Source: an uncultured Prevotellaceae bacterium (GTDB lineage Bacteria > Bacteroidota > Bacteroidia > Bacteroidales > Muribaculaceae). From it: 64,000 nucleotides of DNA. Under the pieces are notes generated by a model, which was not told the DNA's origin, did not search any database, and was given only the letters and a program-made list of their open reading frames with translations. The stretch lies in assembly GCA_900316835.1 (NCBI GenBank), contig ONEL01000002.1:37976-101975 (forward strand), in the 5' to 3' direction. Below, piece by piece: positions 26,764 through 35,600 of this stretch. How positions within the stretch are numbered: the first letter of the stretch is position 1; each line of letters begins with the position of its first letter. A program made the translations under genes and the position numbers.

Positions 26764-27445
26764 CGATGAGCCACTAGCGGTGGAGCTGCTGGTGAGTTAT
26801 GTGAAAAAAATTCCATTCATGCAGCTGGATGGGAAGTATTCTAACGCTGTTGATGCCATGAAGGGGATTGCCGAAAACCCTGTCGACGTGGTGTTTCTTG
26901 ATATACAGATGCCTGAGCTCAATGGGTTAGAACTATCTAGAATGCTACCCGAGGCCACGCGAGTGGTGTTTACCACGGCATTTGAGCAATACGCGCTCGA
27001 TGGCTATCGCATTAACGCGCTCGATTACTTGCTCAAGCCCATCTCCTATACCGAGTTCCTTGAGGCATGCAACAAGGCGTTGCAGTGGTTCAAGATGGTG
27101 CGACAGAGCGAGGAGGTAAAGGAACCCGAGGCAACGAGCATCTTTGTTAAGAGTGAGTATAAACTATTACAAATCAACCTCGACGACATACGCTACATTG
27201 AGGGCTTGAAGGACTATGTGAAAATCTTTACCGAGCAGTCGTCTCACCCCATTCTCTCGCTGATGAACATGAAGGCGATGGAACAGATGTTACCGGCGTC
27301 GCGTTTCATAAGGGTGCATCGCTCCTATATTGTGCAAAAGAGCAAAATTCGTGAGATAGACCGCAATCGCATCGTCTTTGGCGACGTCTATATCCCCATT
27401 GGCGACAGCTACAAGCAAGCATTCCAGGATTTCTTGGGAAGATGA
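26738..27445 (+). CDS. LytR/AlgR (LytTR) family response regulator
   Basis: Receiver domain (IKCAIIDDEPLAVELL...VVFLDIQMPELNG) plus a LytTR DNA-binding domain (IRYIEGLKDYVKIFT...FIRVHRSYIV). It overlaps the kinase gene by 26 nt. Confidence 0.9.
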   Translation: MIIKCAIIDDEPLAVELLVSYVKKIPFMQLDGKYSNAVDAMKGIAENPVDVVFLDIQMPELNGLELSRMLPEATRVVFTTAFEQYALDGYRINALDYLLKPISYTEFLEACNKALQWFKMVRQSEEVKEPEATSIFVKSEYKLLQINLDDIRYIEGLKDYVKIFTEQSSHPILSLMNMKAMEQMLPASRFIRVHRSYIVQKSKIREIDRNRIVFGDVYIPIGDSYKQAFQDFLGR

Positions 27446-27483
27446 GAGAATAAATTATCACTACTCACACATTTTTCATGCTA

Positions 27484-27527
27484 TAAAAAAAGCGGCTCTA
27501 GGGCAATTGCCTTGAGCCACTTTTTTT
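27484..27527. terminator. bidirectional intrinsic terminator
   Basis: An imperfect hairpin GCGGCTCTAGGGCA..TGCCTTGAGCCAC is flanked by an A-run (27485..27491) and a T-run (27521..27527), between convergent genes. Confidence 0.5.
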
Positions 27528-27546
27528 AACCTCTGGTCCTCAATGA

Positions 27547-27816
27547 CTACTTCTTCTTGAAATAGTCATTATGCATCTTAATTCCAAAGATGATGGCGCT
27601 CATCACGGTGGTGAGGCTGTTGGCAATGAACAATGGCCAGTTCACGGTGAGTAAGCCATTGATAGCAAATAAGATGCTTCCTAGGCCCATAAGCAGGAAA
27701 GTGCCTGTGGCAATGTCGTCGGTGCGACGTGTCTTGATGGTGTGGATAGTTTGTGGCAGATAGCCCAGAACTAGGCAAATGGTTGCGCAATAACCCACTA
27801 TTTCAGTAATACCCAT
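27547..27816 (-). CDS. SemiSWEET / PQ-loop family small transporter
   Basis: 89 aa with three TM helices and the PQ motif in LGYLPQTIHTIKTRRTDDIA. Confidence 0.65.
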   Translation of the reverse strand: MGITEIVGYCATICLVLGYLPQTIHTIKTRRTDDIATGTFLLMGLGSILFAINGLLTVNWPLFIANSLTTVMSAIIFGIKMHNDYFKKK

Positions 27817-27852
27817 AATTATTATAAATCTTATTTTAATTGATGTTTTTTA

Positions 27853-30800
27853 TTATTTAATTTCTTTCAATAGTTCGCGAGTGGCAATGATGAGCTGTTC
27901 GTCAATGCCTTTGACCACCTCGGCAGGGTCGTTGAGCACCTTGATGTCGGGCTCAAGCTGAGTGTTCTCGAGATAGGAACCATCGGGCAGGCGATAGCCA
28001 ATGATGGGCATGCCATAGATGAGCGATGGGTCTTGCAGAGTTTCCCACGACACACTGCTCATGGTTCCGGGCACGGGAGCACCCACTAGCTTGCCAATGC
28101 CAGTGTGCTGGTAGACCCATGGCGTGCCGTGAGCATTGCTGTAGCATGCCTCACATTGCACCATGATGCTGGGCTTGTTCCAGCGACGGCTGGGCATGTC
28201 GCATGCCTCGCGTCCGCGAATTACTTGTGTGAAGTACTTCTTACCACTGAAGAGCACCTCAATGTCCTCGTGCAATCGACCTCCACCGTTATATCGCACA
28301 TCGATTACGATACCGTCCTTCTTGTAGTACTTGCCCATGATCTGGCTATATACCTCGCGGTAGCTCTCGTCGTTCATCGACTGGATGTGTACGTATCCCA
28401 GTCGCCCACCCGAGATGCTGTCGACCAAGTGTGCGTTGTGCTTAACCCAGCGCTTGTAGAGAAGGTTGTTCATGGCACCGTTAGTGATGGGCAGGATTAC
28501 CTCGTCGAAGGTGTTGCCGCCCTTGTCGCGGATGGTGACTAGTGTTTTCTTGCCAGCCAGCCCGTTGAGCAACTGTGTGTAGTCGTTCTCCTGATTGATT
28601 TCGATGCCGTTGATTTTCTCAACAATCATGCCGGGGCGCACTTTGCTTGTTGAGCGTGCGAATGGACCTTTCTCAACCACCTCGTCAATCTTTAGTCCTT
28701 TACCGGTGTAGGTCCAGTCGAAGAGCAGACCCATGTTGGCTGTTGCCTCGCTACTTCCGCTGGGATAGTAGCGACCGCCCGAGTGTGAAACGTTGAGCTC
28801 GCCTAGCAGTTCGCTAAGCAGGTTGGCGTAGTCATAGTTGTTGTTGATGTGTGGCAGGAACTTGCGGTAAGCGTCGCACATCATGTCCCACTTGCAGCCG
28901 TTGAGGTCGGTGCGGAAAAAGCGCTTATTAACCTGGTGTTGCACGTGATTGAACATGTATTCACGCTCGGCTGCCAGGTCCATTTTCACCTCGGCCTTGT
29001 AAGTGATGGGAGTGAGCTTGTCGCTAGCCACGGTGAGCTTGTTCATGGCTGAGCCCAGGACGAACATTTCCTTGCCGTCCTTGCCCATCTGGATATTAGC
29101 CCATCCCGAGTTCATCTTGTTGATGAGCTTGGTGGAGTGCTTGCGCATGTCGAGTTTCCACAGGTCATATCCGCCCTCAAACTTCGACAGGTAATAGAGG
29201 TTGTCGCCATTGTTGGTTACCATGGCACTGGCGATGCTGCTCGAGTTGGGGGTGAGTCGCACCACGCGGTCCTCGATGCCGTCGAGCTCAACGACGATGT
29301 CCTTGACCTCATCTTTTTTCTCGCTGGCTTTGTCATCTTTCTTTTTATTCTTTTTTTCTTCCTCGGCTTTCTTCTTGTCGGCCTCTTTCTTAGCTTCCTT
29401 CTCGGCCTCCTTTACCAGCTCGTAGTCTTCCTTGCTCATGCGATACTTGTCGTAGGCGTCCTGATTGACAAATGCCAGCAGCACATCGTCCTGCGAGCCC
29501 CATGAGCCGTGGGCACGCATGCCGTAGCGGTTGCTGGTGAACAGGATGGCATTGCCCTCCATCACCCACTTGGGAGCCTCGCTGAAGTATCCACTGCCAG
29601 TGATGTTGGTGATTTTGCCACCATCGGCACTGACGATGCCCACATCGGTGTAGGGGTCGCGCTGGTTGGCTATATAGGTGAGTGTGAACCACTTGCTGTC
29701 GGGCGACCATGCGTAGTCAAAGCCGCCGTTGGTTTCGTACCATGTGGAGCCGTCGGTCACCTGATGCACTTTCTTGCTCTTGAGGTCCATGACCATGAGG
29801 CGGTTGCGGTCTTCGATAAAAGCCAGCTTCTTGCCGTCGGGGCTCACATCGGGAGCAGCGCGCTCAACAGTGGTTGAAGGCAACAGGATTTCCTCCTTGA
29901 TGGTGGTGGCGTTGGGGAAGTTGGGGTCTTCCTTGCGCTCAATGGTTGCCTCTACCAGTTGCCAGTTGCCATTGCGCTCGGTAGCGTAGTAGAGAGTGCG
30001 GCTGTCACTGCCCCACGACAGTCCATCCTCGGCCTCGGGGGTGTTGGTGATGCGCTTGGTAGTGGCATACTCAACCGATGTGACAAAGACCTCGCCACGG
30101 GCGATGAATGCCACCTGCTTGCCGTCGGGCGATGCTACAGCAGCTGTTGCTCCATGCGACATGGTGGTGCGCAGCACATCTTCCGAGTCATCATGGAAGA
30201 TGTCGATCTTTACCTTTGTGGGCTTGCCCGAGGGGGCTTGCGTGTAAAGAGCTCCATCGTAGGTGTAGCACAAGGTGCCGTTATTGGCTATCGACAGGAA
30301 ACGCACCGGGTGAGTCTTGAACGAGGTCACCGCCTTGATGGCACTGGGCTGGTCGATGGGGAATTGATACACGTTCATCGAGCCACCATTGCGCTCGCTC
30401 AGGATATAGACCGTGCGACCGTCGGCACTGAGCACCGGGCTTCGGTCCTCGCCGGCATGGTTGGTGAGATTGGTGTGTCGTCCTGTAGTAGCGTCATATT
30501 TCCAGATATCGCGTGTTACACTGCTGGTGTGATGCTTGCGCCAGGCATCTTCCATTCCCTTTTGGTCTTGATAGACCATAAACTTGCCTTTGCTATCCCA
30601 GTTGAGCTCCTCGGCTGGTGTGCCTAGCACTTGAGTAGAGCGTCCGCCGGTGACGGGTACCTTGTAAACCTCGGTAAGTCTAGAACTGGGAAATAGAGCA
30701 CTGCTGGCAGGGTCTTGGATTGCTGCCGAGAAGAAGATGTGCTTGCCGTCGTGGCTGAAGGCCCAGGGCAACTCGCTAGCCGAGTTGGTGGTGAGGCGTG

Positions 30801-31101
30801 TTGGCGCGCCTCCGGCCGCTGGCATTACAAAGACGTCGAAATTACCTTTTCGGTCGCTGGCGAAAGCCAGTAGTGAGCCATCGGGCGACCACACGGGGTT
30901 GAACTCATAGCTCGGCTGAGTGGTGAGTTGCACAGCTTGACCGCCAGTGGCGGGCACTTTGTAGATGTCGCCCTTGTAGCTGAAGGCTATTTCTTTGCCG
31001 TTGGGCGAAATTTTGGCATAACGCATCCACAATGGTGTCTCGGCCATTGCGGTTGTGGCTAATGCCGCAGCAAGAGCTGCCAGTAATAATCTATTTTTCA
31101 T
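27853..31101 (-). CDS. tricorn-like S41 family peptidase with N-terminal TolB-type beta-propellers
   Basis: 1082 aa with a signal peptide. Repeated propeller motifs are present (WSPDGSLLAF, SHDGKHIFF, SADGRTVY, SPDGKQVAF, SPDGKKLAF, SPDSKWF). A PDZ-like segment and the S41 core VIDVRYNGGG follow. Confidence 0.85.
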   Translation of the reverse strand: MKNRLLLAALAAALATTAMAETPLWMRYAKISPNGKEIAFSYKGDIYKVPATGGQAVQLTTQPSYEFNPVWSPDGSLLAFASDRKGNFDVFVMPAAGGAPTRLTTNSASELPWAFSHDGKHIFFSAAIQDPASSALFPSSRLTEVYKVPVTGGRSTQVLGTPAEELNWDSKGKFMVYQDQKGMEDAWRKHHTSSVTRDIWKYDATTGRHTNLTNHAGEDRSPVLSADGRTVYILSERNGGSMNVYQFPIDQPSAIKAVTSFKTHPVRFLSIANNGTLCYTYDGALYTQAPSGKPTKVKIDIFHDDSEDVLRTTMSHGATAAVASPDGKQVAFIARGEVFVTSVEYATTKRITNTPEAEDGLSWGSDSRTLYYATERNGNWQLVEATIERKEDPNFPNATTIKEEILLPSTTVERAAPDVSPDGKKLAFIEDRNRLMVMDLKSKKVHQVTDGSTWYETNGGFDYAWSPDSKWFTLTYIANQRDPYTDVGIVSADGGKITNITGSGYFSEAPKWVMEGNAILFTSNRYGMRAHGSWGSQDDVLLAFVNQDAYDKYRMSKEDYELVKEAEKEAKKEADKKKAEEEKKNKKKDDKASEKKDEVKDIVVELDGIEDRVVRLTPNSSSIASAMVTNNGDNLYYLSKFEGGYDLWKLDMRKHSTKLINKMNSGWANIQMGKDGKEMFVLGSAMNKLTVASDKLTPITYKAEVKMDLAAEREYMFNHVQHQVNKRFFRTDLNGCKWDMMCDAYRKFLPHINNNYDYANLLSELLGELNVSHSGGRYYPSGSSEATANMGLLFDWTYTGKGLKIDEVVEKGPFARSTSKVRPGMIVEKINGIEINQENDYTQLLNGLAGKKTLVTIRDKGGNTFDEVILPITNGAMNNLLYKRWVKHNAHLVDSISGGRLGYVHIQSMNDESYREVYSQIMGKYYKKDGIVIDVRYNGGGRLHEDIEVLFSGKKYFTQVIRGREACDMPSRRWNKPSIMVQCEACYSNAHGTPWVYQHTGIGKLVGAPVPGTMSSVSWETLQDPSLIYGMPIIGYRLPDGSYLENTQLEPDIKVLNDPAEVVKGIDEQLIIATRELLKEIK

Positions 31102-31156
31102 ATATAATAATGTAATTAATTAGTTTTATTAAGGTGTATAGTTCATCAAGCAAGTG

Positions 31157-31164
31157 CAAATTTA
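31157..31164 (-). promoter_or_regulatory. candidate -7 box (TAAATTTG on the minus strand) for the S41 peptidase gene
   Basis: Plus strand reads caaattta, ~56 nt upstream of the ATG at 31101. Confidence 0.35.
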
Positions 31165-31218
31165 GTGATTATTTGTCAATTTCTATTTCGCTTTTAGCAA
31201 AAAAGCTACTTTGTAGGC

Positions 31219-31256
31219 AAAAAAAAGTTGCCCCATCACACTATGGATGGAGCAAC
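31219..31256 (-). terminator. intrinsic terminator at the end of the PUL operon
   Basis: Hairpin GTTGCCCCATC..GATGGAGCAAC (31227..31256). On the minus strand it is followed by a T-run (the plus-strand A-run at 31219..31226). Confidence 0.5.
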
Positions 31257-31281
31257 CTTTTTATTTAAAAAAACCTGAAGG

Positions 31282-32616
31282 TTAATTTACTATTGGAGTC
31301 ATCACTACGTGGAAGTCGCCCTCGTAGGTGATGTAGAGCTGGATGAAGTAGTTAGCGCTTCTGTCAAGCTTGAGGTTACCACCGTCGTAGCTCAGGTTGT
31401 TCATGTCGCCACCCCAGTTGGTTCCCCAGTCGTCATTAGCACGGAACTTGAACTCAACGCCGGCGGGAATATCGCAGTAGCCTTCCCACGCACCAGTAGT
31501 GGTGTTGTAGGTGAGTTTAGCGACATCGCTACCCCAGCTGTTGCCATCGAAGCCACCAATCACACCGATGGTGGTGATGGGGGTGAGGTTATAGGTCATT
31601 TTGTCCAAGTTGGCCTCAACCATGTAGAAGCCCTCGGCAGCAGAGATGTTACCTGATTGAACGGCAAGAGTACCCTCGCTAGCGCCGATACCCCAGTCGG
31701 GAGCATCCCAGCTGTCTTTTTGGCTACGGAACTTGAACTCGCCATTGAGGTACATGAAGCCGTAGTAGTCACCATCGTTGTTGCGAGCACCCTTCCAGCC
31801 CTTGTTCTTAAGACCGGCAGCAGGATTACCCCAACCGTTGGCGTTACCGGCTTGCCAAATCATGTCGGCAAATGCTACACCCTCAATGTCGTAGGTCATG
31901 TTGTTAGTGTTAACAGTGATGATGAACTGAGTGTAGTCGGGGTCTTGCTCAAAGAAGATGATATGAGAATCGGGACCCTGTGCCAAATCACCACCAAAGG
32001 GCAAACCATCACACTCGATAGTGCTACCAAGCTTACCTTCTTCAAAGTTGTTGAGGTAGTTGAATGGCAGGAAGTAGAACGAAATCTCCTGAGAGGGAAC
32101 TGTGATGGAGTACTTGCCAGCCTCAACTAAGTCCATTGGCATGCGCTGGTCGACTTGCACGAGATACATGCCGGCAGCCATCTTCACAGCGTCCTCAATG
32201 TCGCTGTTGAAAGTGAAGGCCTGACCATTGGCGTTGAGAACAGTAACCACATTGATGGGCACGTTAATAGCCTCCTCGGGCACTCCGTAGAGGCCCTCAA
32301 GAACATCACGCAGTTCGGTAGTCTTGGCACGGCCAAACTCGTCAACATTCACATTGCCACCAGCACTCTTGTCGGCATTGAAAATGGTAACAGTGTTAGT
32401 AGCGGTAGCGCCTTCTTCAATATTATAGGTAGGGACGAAAATCTGTACACTATCGGCAGTGATAGTGGTGAAGTCGATAGCCCCAGCAGCAGCCATCACA
32501 GCATTAGCGGTCTTTGAGTCCTCGCTGTTGCTCTGTGGGTCGGCCCAGTCCTTAAAGTCCTCGGTACAGCTTGCCATGAGCAAACCAATACCTAAAATAT
32601 AAAATAACTTTTTCAT
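31282..32616 (-). CDS. SusF-like outer-membrane lipoprotein with starch-binding-type modules
   Basis: Lipobox LLMASC. Repeated CBM-like motifs are FKFRSQKDSWDAPDWG and FKFRANDDWGTNWGG. It occupies the position after SusE-like in the SusC/D operon. Confidence 0.7.
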   Translation of the reverse strand: MKKLFYILGIGLLMASCTEDFKDWADPQSNSEDSKTANAVMAAAGAIDFTTITADSVQIFVPTYNIEEGATATNTVTIFNADKSAGGNVNVDEFGRAKTTELRDVLEGLYGVPEEAINVPINVVTVLNANGQAFTFNSDIEDAVKMAAGMYLVQVDQRMPMDLVEAGKYSITVPSQEISFYFLPFNYLNNFEEGKLGSTIECDGLPFGGDLAQGPDSHIIFFEQDPDYTQFIITVNTNNMTYDIEGVAFADMIWQAGNANGWGNPAAGLKNKGWKGARNNDGDYYGFMYLNGEFKFRSQKDSWDAPDWGIGASEGTLAVQSGNISAAEGFYMVEANLDKMTYNLTPITTIGVIGGFDGNSWGSDVAKLTYNTTTGAWEGYCDIPAGVEFKFRANDDWGTNWGGDMNNLSYDGGNLKLDRSANYFIQLYITYEGDFHVVMTPIVN

Positions 32617-32714
32617 GTTGTGTTAATTTCTTCTTTTAAGATTGACTCGGGCTAGGGGAGCGGAGCGTTGCCCGCTCCCACACAGCCGTTATCAATGTTT
32701 ATTGGTTCATAAAA

Positions 32715-33917
32715 TTACTCATTAGCAATAAAGTAGTACAGACCCAGGCAGTCGTTGAAGTAGATGCGGTAAGTGCCTTCCTTCACGGGGATGTCGGCTC
32801 CACCTTGAGTGCCAATGGCGAGTGGGAACGTACCACCCCAGTTTACATCCCAGTTGCCGTTGGCGGCAAACTTAAGGGTAGTTGCCGCATCATAGGTAGC
32901 GTCGAGATACCAGTCGTGAGTTTGGGTGTTGTCGCGCTTGCCCATTGGAGTCATGGGGTTCTCAGCGGGATTCCAGCCGTTGTATGCACCTGGCATGTAG
33001 ATGGCTTCATAAACAGTAGTGTTACCTTCCCACTTCGAGATGCTTACAGTATTTGTTGCGGTGTTCATCTCAATGTAGTAGAAACCAGCCTCGGGGATAC
33101 CAATGTTGTGGTTGTCGCCATCCTCATCGGTAGCACCAGCCGTGTTGCTGCTGATGTTGGTGAAGTTCATCTGGTAGTCCCACTTGCCTGGAATCTTTAT
33201 AAACTTGAACTGACCACCCTCGGGGAAGTAGCCGGCATAAACCAGTGTGGTGTTGCCGTCGGCGTCAACGTCGGCGTCGGGTTGTGGCAACAACGGAACG
33301 AGACCGGTGCCAATCGATTTGGCATCACTGTTGGTCCAGTCACTGCTACCAATGCAGTTACCCACCATGTACCACAGCACGGGGTCGGCAGGCTTGAGCT
33401 CTACATAGTAAGGAGCCACGAGGAGTTCCACAGTGTTAGAAACCACTTCGCTGGCACCAGTAGCATTGGCTTTAACGCGAGCATAGAGTTTCTGGGTGGC
33501 GGGAACATTATTGGGAGTGTAGCCCATCATCGTGATGAGGGCTTTGTTGATAGTGGCAGCTTCGATGGCGGCCTCGCAGGTGGTGAAGCTGTTCTCTACG
33601 ATGAAGAAGGTGGGAACAGTTTCTCCACTCTCATCGGCACTGGCTTCTACGTTAGAGGTTGTCCAGTCGTTGGTTCCTGAGAACTCAACAGTGTAGCTGG
33701 TAGCAACAGGGAAACCACCATAGTCGGGTTGCGACCAGGTGAGGTTCACTGTCTCAGAGTTCTGCAAGTCAATTGCTTGACTGGCATAGGCAGGAGTGTT
33801 CAAGACAAACGAGCTTGGTGTCTTGAGCGTTGGGTTAGAGTCGCGGTCGTCGCTACAAGAAGCAAGCATCATCGTGGCAGCAACCAGCAACATTGAATAT
33901 TTAAAAATATTTTTCAT
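32715..33917 (-). CDS. SusE-like outer-membrane lipoprotein
   Basis: Lipobox MMLASC. Motifs FKFIKIPGKWDY and LKFAANGNWDVNWGG are present. It lies directly downstream of the SusD-like gene. Confidence 0.7.
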   Translation of the reverse strand: MKNIFKYSMLLVAATMMLASCSDDRDSNPTLKTPSSFVLNTPAYASQAIDLQNSETVNLTWSQPDYGGFPVATSYTVEFSGTNDWTTSNVEASADESGETVPTFFIVENSFTTCEAAIEAATINKALITMMGYTPNNVPATQKLYARVKANATGASEVVSNTVELLVAPYYVELKPADPVLWYMVGNCIGSSDWTNSDAKSIGTGLVPLLPQPDADVDADGNTTLVYAGYFPEGGQFKFIKIPGKWDYQMNFTNISSNTAGATDEDGDNHNIGIPEAGFYYIEMNTATNTVSISKWEGNTTVYEAIYMPGAYNGWNPAENPMTPMGKRDNTQTHDWYLDATYDAATTLKFAANGNWDVNWGGTFPLAIGTQGGADIPVKEGTYRIYFNDCLGLYYFIANE

Positions 33918-33941
33918 AATCTCAATTTGCTCTTTAGGAAA

Positions 33942-35567
33942 TTAATAACCAGGATTTTGCTGAATCTTCTCGTTGGCTGTGATGTCCTTGATTGGAATTG
34001 GGAAGATGTTGCGGTACTCGGGGAAGTCACGACCGTTGAAGTCGCCACCCTTCCACTGCCACTTATAGTCGGTGGTGCCACCAAACTTGCCAAAGCGAAT
34101 CAAGTCGGTGCGGCGGCGGCCCTCGAAATAGAACTCACGGCCCCACTCATCAAGGATTTCATTGAGGCTGCAGCTGTTCTTAAGAGAAGCACCAGCGCGA
34201 GCGCGCAGCACGTTGATAGCTGTCAATGCCTCGGCAGGAGCAGCGCCGCTGCCGTTGGCACGGGTAAGAGCCTCGGCATAGGTCAGGTAGGCCTCTGCCT
34301 TACGAATCAGGAATACGTCGGCATCGGGGTGTATCGAGTGGTGACCTGCCGAGCCGTCGGTCTTGAAGTTGTTGAACTTACCCACAGCATAACCATTCTG
34401 GAAGTTGTTGTTGTCAACGATGTCGATGATGCGGTCAATGGTGTTGAACAGGGCGCGGTCATCGCCAGCAGTCTTGGCTACATCGTAGGCCTCGCCAGTA
34501 GGTGCCTCAATACCATTGAAGAACAGGTTCACCAGTTGTGGACGGGCACGGTTACCTTCCCAGTTTTGACCACTCACGCCGTTGGTGGCGATGGGGTCGT
34601 TGGGGTTGCCGTGCATGTTGCCGTCGTAGGTCGAAGCTATCAAGAACAGAGAACCTCCCCAAGAGGTGGTGCGCAGTCCATCATAGAGGATGGGCAGGAT
34701 TGCCTCATAGGCAGCATCGGTCTCGCCGTTGTCGCCCATAAACAGCATCTGGTAAGCGCTCCAGGTTTCGTTGCCCTTGCTGCGATCGAGGATGCGGTAG
34801 TCTGAGTCGATAACTTTCTTGGCATACTCGGCAGCCTTGCTCCACTGTGCAGTGCCAGTGTAGACCTGGGCGTTGAGATAAAGACGTGCAAGAACCATCC
34901 AGCACGCTGCCTTGTCGGCGCGGCCATAGCCATCGTCGCTCGACTTTTTGGCCTTAGGCTGGCTCATCAATGGCTCAATAGCCAGAAGTTCCTCCTCGAT
35001 ATATTTGTAGAGGTCGGCGCGCATGATTTGGTCGGCTTTACCACCCGACACCTCGGGAGTGAATGGCACGTTTCCAAAGCAGTCCATCAAGATGTAGAAC
35101 TGGAAGGCACGCAGGAAGCGAACCTCGGCAGTCATTGTCTCGTTATAGTCGCCAAAGGCGCTCATATACTGGTTGCAGAAGGCGATACCAGTGTAAAGAC
35201 GATAGTAAAGTCCCTCAAGGAATGGGTTGCTGGCATCGTAGGCGTTCTTGTTCAGTGGCTCGATACCTGGGTCACCCCATTTACACATTGCCTCGTCGGT
35301 GGTGAGCTCATTGGCATTCCAGAGCATGCGATAGAGAACCGAGAAACCGCCATCGATACCGTCGATGTCGCAGTCGCCATCGCTACCGCCGTTACCTTGC
35401 ACGGCAAGGTTGGCATAGCACTTGTTAAACAGCTGTTCAGGTGTTACGTCGCTCTGCAGAGCAGGGTCGATGGGGGTGACGTCGAGGTCGCCCACGCATG
35501 CGCTCAATCCCACACTCAGCAAGACTGCTACAGCTGCACATTGTATATATTTAAAAAACTTATTCAT
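33942..35567 (-). CDS. susD: SusD/RagB family nutrient-binding lipoprotein
   Basis: 541 aa. Lipobox GLSAC. The helical TPR-like body and the C-terminal IFPIP...NP..QNPGY ending are typical of SusD homologues. It lies immediately downstream of susC. Confidence 0.85.
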   Translation of the reverse strand: MNKFFKYIQCAAVAVLLSVGLSACVGDLDVTPIDPALQSDVTPEQLFNKCYANLAVQGNGGSDGDCDIDGIDGGFSVLYRMLWNANELTTDEAMCKWGDPGIEPLNKNAYDASNPFLEGLYYRLYTGIAFCNQYMSAFGDYNETMTAEVRFLRAFQFYILMDCFGNVPFTPEVSGGKADQIMRADLYKYIEEELLAIEPLMSQPKAKKSSDDGYGRADKAACWMVLARLYLNAQVYTGTAQWSKAAEYAKKVIDSDYRILDRSKGNETWSAYQMLFMGDNGETDAAYEAILPILYDGLRTTSWGGSLFLIASTYDGNMHGNPNDPIATNGVSGQNWEGNRARPQLVNLFFNGIEAPTGEAYDVAKTAGDDRALFNTIDRIIDIVDNNNFQNGYAVGKFNNFKTDGSAGHHSIHPDADVFLIRKAEAYLTYAEALTRANGSGAAPAEALTAINVLRARAGASLKNSCSLNEILDEWGREFYFEGRRRTDLIRFGKFGGTTDYKWQWKGGDFNGRDFPEYRNIFPIPIKDITANEKIQQNPGY

Positions 35568-35600
35568 TTGTCTCTATATATTAAAATGTGTCGTGAATAA

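Noticed and set aside
26925-26945. Two in-phase TCTAGA-like units (ttagaacta tctagaatg) inside the LytTR regulator gene.
   Set aside because: There are only two degenerate units, inside a well-supported coding frame (NGLELSRML). This is most likely chance.
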